From the IMG/VR virus record IMGVR_UViG_2909979649_000004: 64,000 bases of DNA, one strand, 5' to 3'. The position numbers were made by a program, and so were the translations under genes. Shown here in pieces: positions 20,554 to 28,412 of the stretch (the stretch's first letter is position 1; each line of letters starts with the position of its first letter). The notes beneath the pieces are model-generated. The model had not been told where the DNA came from and ran no database searches. It worked only from the letters and a program-made list of their open reading frames with translations. The stretch comes from a virus. Lineage: Duplodnaviria > Caudoviricetes.

Positions 20554-21015
20554 ACTACACTAGATTTATCTCCCTTATATCGTAGCAGCATAGGGTTTGA
20601 TCAATTAGCATCAGTATTTGACACAGCTTTTCGCAGTGAGCAAACTGGTTACCCCCCTTATAATATCGAAACAATTGATGAAAACCACTATGGTATAACA
20701 CTAGCTGTAGCTGGCTTCGAAGAGCGTGAGTTAAGCATTCAGGTAGAGCAAGGAGTGCTCACTGTTAGTGGCAAAAAAAATAAAAATAATGAATCTAAAA
20801 AGTTCCTTTATCAAGGAATTGCTACTCGTTCATTTGAACGAAAATTTAATTTAGCTGACCATGTTGAAGTGACTGATGCCAGTCTAAGTAATGGGTTACT
20901 TAGCATTAGTTTGGTTAGAGAAGTGCCTGAGGCAATGAAACCAAAAACTATCCCTATTAGTCAGGGGAACCATAACGTTCTAGAGCATAAAAAAAAGGAG
21001 GGAAAAGTAGCCTAA
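20551..21015 (+). CDS. ibpA: Small heat-shock protein, IbpA-type
   Basis: DLSPLYRSSIGFD, GYPPYNIE, LAVAGF, YQGIATRSFERKF, NGLLSI. Confidence 0.95.
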   Translation: MTTLDLSPLYRSSIGFDQLASVFDTAFRSEQTGYPPYNIETIDENHYGITLAVAGFEERELSIQVEQGVLTVSGKKNKNNESKKFLYQGIATRSFERKFNLADHVEVTDASLSNGLLSISLVREVPEAMKPKTIPISQGNHNVLEHKKKEGKVA

Positions 21016-21083
21016 GTAAAAAGCCATAATAATCTTAAGCGTCTAGCGTCTTCTTTTAAGGAGGTAAAATATTAACACATAAA

Positions 21084-21107
21084 AGGTGGGTGATTACTCG
21101 CCCACCT
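21084..21107. terminator. Hairpin after ibpA
   Basis: AGGTGGGTGA/TCGCCCACCT inverted repeat. Confidence 0.45.
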
Positions 21108-21227
21108 AGCTATGATGGATAAGTGTAATGATTTCTCTTTAATAGTATTTCAAATCTTGCATTGTAAGCACTACTTAAAACTCATCATTAGTTTTTGAAT
21201 AATCGTGATTTTAAGGAGGTGATACTA

Positions 21228-21815
21228 GTGTTCGACTTAAAAAACTATAAATTCTTATACTTAATTATTAGTTTGTGCATCACTATCATTGGCGTATTAG
21301 CCTTTACTACATGGAGATTGTCCTCAGAGCTTAAAACTGTGGAAGGTAATACCCCTATAGCGTCAAGTGACATAATTAAACCGCTTCCAGCACCTTGGCC
21401 TAAAGATATAGATCCATGGTTAGATAGCTGGGACCCATCTGGTAATTTTTCAGCACTGCAAAAGCGTATGGATGAAATGATGCAAGTGATGTTACCAGAT
21501 ATGTCCTTCTTTAATATGCAGGGCTTTGGTTACTCTAGCTCTAATCCTAAGATCAGAATGGATGAAACAGATACTGAATATAGGGTCACTGTATCAGTTC
21601 CAGAAGCCCAGAATATTGAAGTTAACACAGAGCTAAAGAACAATATATTAACTATCAATGGTAAAGTAAAACAACAGGAAAGCAGTCAGCAAAGTAAGCT
21701 TTTTTATACAAGTCAGTTTTCTCAGTCTGTTACTTTACTTGAACCAGTAGATAGCACAAATATGAGGGTTGACAATAAAAATCATAAAGTGGTTATTACG
21801 ATTCAAAAAACATAA
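21228..21815 (+). CDS. Hsp20/alpha-crystallin protein with N-terminal membrane anchor
   Basis: GTG start after AAGGAGGT; hydrophobic FLYLIISLCITIIGVLAF; C-terminal ETDTEYRVTVSVP, ILTINGK, FSQSVTL. Confidence 0.8.
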   Translation: MFDLKNYKFLYLIISLCITIIGVLAFTTWRLSSELKTVEGNTPIASSDIIKPLPAPWPKDIDPWLDSWDPSGNFSALQKRMDEMMQVMLPDMSFFNMQGFGYSSSNPKIRMDETDTEYRVTVSVPEAQNIEVNTELKNNILTINGKVKQQESSQQSKLFYTSQFSQSVTLLEPVDSTNMRVDNKNHKVVITIQKT

Positions 21816-21955
21816 AACTATTTCAGCAAAATAAACTGTAAAAATATGACAGTTTTAAAGTATAAGTATTTACCTATAAGGAGGATAAAAAATCTGATAT
21901 TTAATAGTATGCCTTGGCTTTAATAGATTTAACAATTGTCAAAGGAGACCATGTC

Positions 21956-22501
21956 ATGAATGTAAAAGACTTAATCCCTTGGAACTGGCTAAAAAATGAA
22001 GAAGAGAGGGAAAATAAACAGTTAAAAGCAAGTAATATCTATGATCCAACGGCAAATCCATTGGTACAATTTCATAGAGAAGTTGACCGACTATTTGACA
22101 ACATGTTCAAAGGAGTTGGCTTTCCTGGCTTCTCAGAAGGATAGTCAAAGCTACCAAATAGTTTGTTTAAACCTAGCGTAGATATTAGCGCAAAGGATAT
22201 AGAATATCTAATTAGCGTGGAGGTACCTGGTGTTGAAGAAAAAGATATTAAACTTGAAATAAAGGATCATACACTCGTTATTAGTGGTGAAAAGAAACAA
22301 GAAAAGGAAGACAAAGAGGAGCATCATTACCGAGTTGAGCGCAGCTATGGCTGTTTTCAAAGGGTTTTAGCGATTCCAGAAGATGCAAGCACTGAAGAAA
22401 TTAATGCATCATTTAAGAATGGTGTTTTATCCATTACATTACCTAGAAGAGAATTACCAAATAGAAAGGCTAAACAAATAGAAATTAAGAAAGCTAGTTA
22501 A
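21956..22501 (+). pseudogene. Hsp20 gene interrupted by an in-frame TAG (22142-22144)
   Basis: Track ORFs 21914-22144 and 22163-22501 share a frame; LIPWNW...REVDRLFD and PSVDI...ERSYGCFQR...FKNGVLSI form one Hsp20. Confidence 0.85.
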
Positions 22502-22509
22502 AAGTATTT

Positions 22510-22561
22510 GGGTCATGCTTGTTGCAGTTCAATTGCATTCACTTGCAACAAGACACGACCC
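22510..22561. terminator. Long hairpin after the Hsp20 cluster
   Basis: GGGTCATGCTTGTTGCA/TGCAACAAGACACGACCC inverted repeat. Confidence 0.45.
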
Positions 22562-22861
22562 GATGTGTATTATTAACAGGCTTCCAAGGCCCTCTATGCT
22601 TGTCGTCAGTCCAAGCACAGCAGATAATGTATGTTATCAAGATGGGGCTTGTTCTCAGTATTGTCTTACAGTTTGTTATCTGTATTTAGTAACTCATTGC
22701 TTTTCTTTCTTTAATATTACCCCACTACTTCATTAACACCTACCTTTACTTATGTCAGATTATTTTCTTATTTGTGTCAGAGACTGGTTATCATCACTTC
22801 CATTCTGCAGGCGCCTGGGAGTGTGCCGGCAGAGCCACCAGAATCCAAAAGGCTGGAAAAA

Positions 22862-22930
22862 AGCACTCATCCTCCCCACCTGCGGGTTTTGCGTCATAAA
22901 AGTTTTGTGTAATTGAAGTTATGGCAATGC
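22862..22930. other. Probable cos (packaging) region of prophage 1
   Basis: GCACTCATCCTCCCCACCTGCGGG resembles the reverse complement of P2 cos (GTGCTTTCCCCGCCTCGCC); position after the tail genes is HP1-like. Confidence 0.55.
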
Positions 22931-23040
22931 TTAGTAGCTAAGCTTTATTGTATAAGGTCTTTAAGAGTTAATTGTTGTTTTCTCAAAATGAAAAATTATC
23001 TTAGTTTAAGCAAAAAAATACATTTTCAGTGCAAATTATT

Positions 23041-23155
23041 TATGTTAAGAAAACAAAAGTATTGTCGTATTCAATATAGGTAGCATTTTTAGTTTTAGGC
23101 TGTAGTGTCTAACCCTAATTTCTTTTCTTACTTTCTCAAGTAATGGACATGCCAT
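23041..23155 (-). pseudogene. intI: Integron integrase 5' fragment (frameshifted, truncated)
   Basis: GAGGTG SD; MACPLLEKVRKEIRVRHYSLK, then after frameshifts YLY*IRQYFCF, matching the IntI N-terminal RHYSxxTExAYxxWI pattern. Confidence 0.8.
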
Positions 23156-23199
23156 AATCACCTCTACATACATCACATAGCTATTAAGGTGAAATGATG

Positions 23200-23215
23200 C
23201 TGTATATAAATACAG
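23200..23215. promoter_or_regulatory. LexA (SOS) box upstream of the intI fragment
   Basis: CTGTATATAAATACAG fits CTGT-N8-ACAG; about 45 nt upstream of the intI ATG. Confidence 0.9.
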
Positions 23216-23269
23216 CGTTAATGGATGAACGTCAAAGTATTATTTGATTTACAAACAATTATATGTGAA

Positions 23270-23401
23270 TCAGTTAGTTGGGTGAGTCCTATCAACATTA
23301 TTCTAGTAATAAGTTTGTGCCTTGGTTAAAATATACTCGATTGTTATACGTCAATGCGACGTAGTACTTTGCGTCAGAGTGACGCTCATTAATAGTTAGT
23401 A
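23270..23401 (+). other. Candidate attI region
   Basis: Non-coding stretch between intI promoter and first cassette; candidate cores GTTATAC (23343) and GTTAGTA (23395). Confidence 0.45.
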
Positions 23402-23406
23402 CCACT

Positions 23407-23781
23407 ATGAGCGCAGAAAACGCATTAATAATATCTAGTGAGGAGATTTCAAAGGATTCCTATATCGAGTTCTTTGAGACTTTGGGTTGCCATTGATATT
23501 CTTGACACAAGGATGAAGCCATTGTTCTCGATGAGTACACACAAGTTGGTGTGTGCCTTATGGACTCAAGCTACATCGAGATGTTTGATGACGATGACTT
23601 AAAAAAACTACAGAATGCTTTGGGTGCTCCGCCTAAAACGTTCTTTGAAGTAAACCGTACAAAAGCAGACGACCCGAATGAGCTATATCTGGCTGTAGCC
23701 AAGAAGATGGCAAAGATGTGGCCTGTGGCTGTTCGGGATACACATGAAAAAATGGTGCCTTATAGTGAACTCATGTCGTAA
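23407..23781 (+). pseudogene. Integron cassette gene of unknown function with two in-frame TGA stops
   Basis: ATG 23407 is in frame with track ORF 23551-23781; TGA at 23494 and 23503; attC starts 6 nt after the stop. Confidence 0.7.
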
Positions 23782-23786
23782 ATTAA

Positions 23787-23847
23787 AGCTAACAAGCGCG
23801 TTAATTAGAGCGCTCGAAGGGTTGCGTCTATTACGCGGGCGTTATGT
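23787..23847 (+). other. attC site (59-base element), 61 nt
   Basis: AGCTAAC...GTTATGT cores; GCGT[T]AAT[T]AGA pairs with TCTATTACGC leaving two extrahelical bases; unpaired spacer AAGC/GGGC. Confidence 0.85.
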
Positions 23848-23903
23848 TTAGTTGAGCTTCATTGTTCTAAGTCCACTTCCTACAAAAAATCAGAGTATAA
23901 ATT

Positions 23904-24776
23904 ATGGACAATATTGTGCGAGAGGTCCTGAAAACAAAAATTATGGGGCTCAAAGCGACAGCCTTCCAAGATGCATTGGATAGAATTTATCTTAGCATTT
24001 ACGGTGAGGGAAACTTCCAGAGAGTAAAGCAGAAGCACGATGGTGGTTCGGATGGAATCATAAATGGTGAAACGGTTTTGGCAGTGTATGCTCCAGAAAA
24101 ATATATCTTGAATGATTTTAAGAGGAAGGTTAGAGCAGATTTTGAGTCTTACACGAAAAACTGGGAAGCTACACACAGCAAGTGGGAGGTTGTAACCAAT
24201 TTGGAATCGACCGCACAAATGATACAGTTTGTGAACATGCTTAAGAATGGTGCATCTCTTATATGTATTGATGGTTTGTTGCAGAAAATTGGTAAGCAGA
24301 CGTGGACGGTGAAAACGGCGATTTTTAGAGCGCTAGATATCCCTGACCATTACTTATCTAACGATGTGATCTCAACAGTAATTGAAGACTTAATTCAAAT
24401 AAGCACCCAAGATGATCCTTTTGAGCCCTATGAAAAACCAGCCTATATACAAGATAAAATCGAACTAAATGTTAGTGAGGAACACGTGGCTACGTTTATG
24501 GATGAGTATGAAGACTCGCTGGCCATTTTTCCTATAGTATCGACGGTCGTCAAGTCAAAATCGAACGCTGATGTTGCTGCTATAAGAAACAAAGTAAGGT
24601 CCACTTATACATCCTTGTCTGGGAAATTTGAAAAGCGGCTTGATGAGCTTGTAAAGATTATGTGTCAAAGTAAGTCAATAGATGATTACTATAGTCATAA
24701 TATGCGCATCGTAATGGTATATTTTTTTGAACAGTGTCTGTTTGGTAAAAAGCCAAAATCAGAGGTTAATAGATGA
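23904..24776 (+). CDS. lmuA: Lamassu/ABC-three-component effector: Mrr-like nuclease plus C-terminal domain
   Basis: AFQD...DGGSDG...AVYAP restriction-fold N-terminus; KIELN and YFFEQCLFG C-terminal motifs. Confidence 0.75.
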   Translation: MDNIVREVLKTKIMGLKATAFQDALDRIYLSIYGEGNFQRVKQKHDGGSDGIINGETVLAVYAPEKYILNDFKRKVRADFESYTKNWEATHSKWEVVTNLESTAQMIQFVNMLKNGASLICIDGLLQKIGKQTWTVKTAIFRALDIPDHYLSNDVISTVIEDLIQISTQDDPFEPYEKPAYIQDKIELNVSEEHVATFMDEYEDSLAIFPIVSTVVKSKSNADVAAIRNKVRSTYTSLSGKFEKRLDELVKIMCQSKSIDDYYSHNMRIVMVYFFEQCLFGKKPKSEVNR

Positions 24777-25006
24777 TTAATGCGCATGTCGAAATGGATT
24801 TAAATCAGCATGTTTCAGTTGTTTCCGCAAAAATTATTGATTTGGTTGAAGCTGGAAACGAAGTGATTTTAGAAACTTTAATGAGGAAGTTTCTAAAAAA
24901 ATATGAGTTCTATACCCCTGATCAGTTTATGGAAGGGCTGACCTTCTTGTTCTCTATAGATTGTTTGAATGTTCAGGACTACAGGGTGATATTAAAAAAT
25001 GTTTAA
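24773..25006 (+). CDS. lmuC: Lamassu small middle component
   Basis: 77 aa, overlaps both neighbours, LTFLFSID wHTH-like motif. Confidence 0.7.
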   Translation: MINAHVEMDLNQHVSVVSAKIIDLVEAGNEVILETLMRKFLKKYEFYTPDQFMEGLTFLFSIDCLNVQDYRVILKNV

Positions 25007-26759
25007 GCTCATTGCATTGTCTTCGCCATCAGGTCTTTTTAAAGATATTGTATTTAGGGATGGTCTGAACATAATTCTCGGAAGGTATTCAAGATCGGGA
25101 AAAGATATCAATGGAATTGGAAAAACTACAATAATTAACCTTATCGATTACTGTCTTTTAGCGGATGGTGTCAAGTCTGAGCTATTTAAAGAAAAGTATG
25201 ATTTTCTGAGGCATGAACGTATTCGGCTCGACTTCATGCTTGGTGGTAAGAAATATTCAATTGAACGAGGCTTTGAGGATAAGAAAAAGGTATTTTTCAC
25301 AACAAATGGAGAGGATGCTAAGGAGTTCATTGATAGTGATCTTAGATTGATACTAGGCTCAGAAATGGGGAAGGGGCAGGCTGGTATATATGAACCAATT
25401 TGGTTTAGGACGCTGATGTCGTTTTTTGTACAGAATGACCATAATTTTTTGCAAAGAGATGCAACGAATGTTCTGAAATTTACTATTGGTAAGCGCCAAC
25501 CTGAGCTTTTCACCTATATTTTTTTAATTTTAGGCATTGATAATAGTCTTATATGGGATTTTGACAATAGCAGTGTTGAATTGAAGAGATTGCGAGCAGA
25601 TCAAACGCGCATTAATAAACAAATAGTAGAGCAAACAGGAAAATCAATAGAGGACTTTAGAGGCGAGTGTGACTCTGTTGCAAGGAAAATTGATAAGCTA
25701 GAAGAGGGATTGGATAACTATCAATTCGATGATAATAGCGCCGCCCTCGAAGATAAGCTGCAAGCACTCAGTGAACAAATATCAGGTTTAAATAAAAAGT
25801 ATATATATCTAGTAAGCAAGCACAGAGATATTCAAGAGAGCCTCCAGATTGATGTCGATGTAGACCCTGATGAGGTTTCTGGATTTTACTCGGAAATTCA
25901 TTCTGAGTTTTCTAGCTTTATAAGAAAGAGTCTCAATGAAGTTATTGAGTTTAGGAAGGAAATAGCTACAAATAGACGAAAATTTCTTAAGGAACGCGAG
26001 GCTCAATACCAAGGGCAATTGAGCGAGATAAAGAATAAACTAATTTCACTTGAAGCAGAGCGATCTAGGATTTTTAAAATGCTAGATGAAAAATCCGCAT
26101 TTGATGCACTAAAGTCTGCTTATACTAATCTAATCGAGGAGAAAGCTCACCTTTCTAGTCAGTTTTCTTATATTGAGCAATTGGATCATATAGAAGAATC
26201 AATTGCCAGCAAGAAATCATTGGTTAGCTCTACAGTTGCAAAACTTGTGGCGAAGAAGAATGAAAACATACAAACGGTAGATGAAATAAAAAGTATATTT
26301 CTAGATTTGGTAGAAGGTTCGGTAGATATTGATAGTTCAGATGTAAGTCCGTATTTCAATATTGAATTCAAATCAATTCAAAACAGTCCAATCAAGCTAT
26401 CGCTAGAAGTACCTAGAGGTAGTTCTTTAGGTAAGGGGCGATTCAAAATATTAGCTTTTGATCTCACTGTATTTATCACTTCTGTTTTAAGAAAGACCGA
26501 ATTCCCAAGCTTTTTAATTCATGATGGTGTTTTCCATGCGATAGCACACAAAACACGAATTAAATTTCTTAATTACATCAACAGTAAACTCGGTGAATTG
26601 GGTGGCGCTCAATATATTATTACTGTAAACGAGGATGAAATCATATTTCCTGAAAGTGAAGGCGTTTCAATAGATTTGGACTTTAAATTGGAAGATAAAA
26701 CATTAATAACTCTTGAAGACAATCCTGATCATATGTTTTTAGGCAAAGAGTTTGGATGA
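24999..26759 (+). CDS. lmuB: Lamassu SMC-like ABC ATPase (DUF2326-type)
   Basis: GLNIILG, NGIGKTT Walker A, coiled coil, AFD, FLIHDG Walker B, QYIIT. Confidence 0.85.
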   Translation: MFKLIALSSPSGLFKDIVFRDGLNIILGRYSRSGKDINGIGKTTIINLIDYCLLADGVKSELFKEKYDFLRHERIRLDFMLGGKKYSIERGFEDKKKVFFTTNGEDAKEFIDSDLRLILGSEMGKGQAGIYEPIWFRTLMSFFVQNDHNFLQRDATNVLKFTIGKRQPELFTYIFLILGIDNSLIWDFDNSSVELKRLRADQTRINKQIVEQTGKSIEDFRGECDSVARKIDKLEEGLDNYQFDDNSAALEDKLQALSEQISGLNKKYIYLVSKHRDIQESLQIDVDVDPDEVSGFYSEIHSEFSSFIRKSLNEVIEFRKEIATNRRKFLKEREAQYQGQLSEIKNKLISLEAERSRIFKMLDEKSAFDALKSAYTNLIEEKAHLSSQFSYIEQLDHIEESIASKKSLVSSTVAKLVAKKNENIQTVDEIKSIFLDLVEGSVDIDSSDVSPYFNIEFKSIQNSPIKLSLEVPRGSSLGKGRFKILAFDLTVFITSVLRKTEFPSFLIHDGVFHAIAHKTRIKFLNYINSKLGELGGAQYIITVNEDEIIFPESEGVSIDLDFKLEDKTLITLEDNPDHMFLGKEFG

Positions 26760-26781
26760 AATTGAGGCGACAACTATTCTG

Positions 26782-26842
26782 ACATAAGGGGCTGGCATTT
26801 CTTACCTCAAAGCAATTCAATCGCATTCTTTAGTTGTTAGGT
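26782..26842 (+). other. Degenerate attC closing the Lamassu cassette
   Basis: ACATAAG is a 6/7 inverse of the cassette-opening GTTATGT; the 61-nt span ends in GTTAGGT; internal pairing is poor. Confidence 0.45.
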
Positions 26843-26935
26843 AAACCTGTTCAAGACTTTCTCTATCAAGCAATTTGTGTGATTGGTTGCTGGTAGAGTG
26901 ATTCCTATCAACACACATTATATAGAGAAGCATTC

Positions 26936-27211
26936 ATGAAAATGTACGTTGGCAACCTGTCATATAATGTCACAGCTGAAGATTTAAAAGAAACCTTTTC
27001 CACTTATGGTGCCGTAGCAGATGTAACGCTGATTACTGACCGGGATTCTGGTCAGTCTAAAGGCTTTGGCTTTGTTGAAATGGAGAATAACTCTGAAGCG
27101 GATGCGGCGATCAAAGGACTAAATGGTAGTAACCTACAAGGTCGAGATATGAAAGTGAATCAAGCTCAGCCAAAATCTAACAGTCGTCCACAACGTAGAC
27201 CAAGGTATTAA
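26936..27211 (+). CDS. RRM RNA-binding protein, copy 1
   Basis: RNP2 MYVGNL and RNP1 KGFGFVEM. Confidence 0.95.
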   Translation: MKMYVGNLSYNVTAEDLKETFSTYGAVADVTLITDRDSGQSKGFGFVEMENNSEADAAIKGLNGSNLQGRDMKVNQAQPKSNSRPQRRPRY

Positions 27212-27333
27212 TAACGAATTTAGCTTCAAGCACTGAAGGTATTAAGTGGTGTAACTTTTGCCTTTAGTGATTAACCAAATTGTCACGAAGTTTTCATACT
27301 GACGAGCAAATCTTTTCCTTTGATTTGGGTTTT

Positions 27334-27421
27334 GAGTGCGAAACGAGTGCGAAAATTGTCCCCAATTACACACAAAACCTCACCCTGTAAGGTTTTCAGG
27401 TAATGTTATAAGTAATTGATT
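27334..27421. promoter_or_regulatory. Phage att arm: integrase arm-type repeats and IHF site
   Basis: GAGTGCGAAA twice (27334, 27345); TAAGTAATTGATT at 27409-27421 is the reverse of WATCAANNNNTTR. Confidence 0.6.
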
Positions 27422-27457
27422 TTAAAGGGATTTTAGGAAATTTAAGGTGAGTGGAAT

Positions 27458-27483
27458 TGGTGGAGGCGGCGGGAATTGAACCC
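27458..27483 (-). other. att core: 3'-terminal 26 nt of a tmRNA (or tRNA-Ala-like) gene
   Basis: Reverse complement GGGTTCAATTCCCGCCGCCTCCACCA gives T loop, acceptor strand and CCA; the rest of the gene is absent. Confidence 0.85.
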
Positions 27484-27730
27484 TGTAGCAATAAAAGCTT
27501 AAACATTTATTCTTAAAGGTTATTTATGACTAAGCTGTAACGTTGGGGTGAATAATGGGGACGGTGATTCCTCCTACTTTACACATTTAGACCTGCCTAG
27601 AGTATTGATTTCATTTAAATTTTTAGCAGGTTCAAACTATTCTAATCAGTGTAAAAGATGAATCAACATCTGACCAATTTGGTGAGATAAAAAGTGCTTC
27701 CTCACCAAATTAAATTTAAAGCTCTAAGTA

Positions 27731-28006
27731 CTAATACCTAGGTCTACGCTGTGGGCGGCTGTTAGATTTTGGTTGAGCCTGATTCACTTTCATATCCCGG
27801 CCTTGCAAGTTACTACCATTCAGGCCTTTGATTGCGGCGTCCGCTTCCGAGTTATTCTCCATTTCCACAAAGCCAAAGCCTTTAGACTGGCCAGAATCCC
27901 GGTCAGTAATCAGCGTTACATCTGCTACGGTACCATAAACTGAAAAGGTTTCTTTTAAATCTTCGGCTGTGACATTGTATGACAGGTTGCCAACGTACAT
28001 TTTCAT
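27731..28006 (-). CDS. RRM RNA-binding protein, copy 2
   Basis: 89/91 aa identical to copy 1; inverted orientation. Confidence 0.95.
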   Translation of the reverse strand: MKMYVGNLSYNVTAEDLKETFSVYGTVADVTLITDRDSGQSKGFGFVEMENNSEADAAIKGLNGSNLQGRDMKVNQAQPKSNSRPQRRPRY

Positions 28007-28412
28007 GAATGCTTCTCTATATAATGTGTGTTGATAGGAATCACTCTACCAGCAGCCAACCACACAAACTGCTTGATAGAGAACAAGGATTGACAGGTTC
28101 ATGGAAACAGCAAAGATTTACAGTTCTGAAATTTCAGGAAAGAGAAAGTAGCGGATAGGTTCGCTAAGCTTCTATCAAGCCAGGACTTACTAATGAACTT
28201 AGTCAAAGCCCGATGCTATCATGGTTTTATAGCAATATCTCTTGAAATCTGTGTTGGTAGATAAAATATGCCTGATAAAGCTGTATAGAAATAAACGACG
28301 ACCAACTTTTGCGTTACGTGTTGATTAAAATTTAAACAGTTGTTAGTATCTTGCTCCAGCTTACTAAGCACGATAGTTCTTTAATCTGGCTAGTTATAAC
28401 CTGGAGTTCTTT

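Larger units (their letters stand above)
1..27483. mobile_element. Prophage 1, P2/HP1-like temperate myophage (right part; left end outside window)
   Basis: Divergent portal/terminase versus scaffold/capsid layout, HP1-type tail genes, ogr, cos-like site at about 22.87 kb, att arm features and core at 27334-27483. Confidence 0.9.

Noticed and set aside
22515-22736. 73-aa ORF after the Hsp20 cluster
   Set aside because: Starts inside a hairpin, has no SD and no recognisable features.
21956-23781. Stop-codon reassignment explaining in-frame TAG and TGA
   Set aside because: Both codons end many normal genes in the window, and the stops cluster in decaying cargo.
27458-27483. Intact tRNA or tmRNA gene
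   Set aside because: Only the last 26 nt are present.
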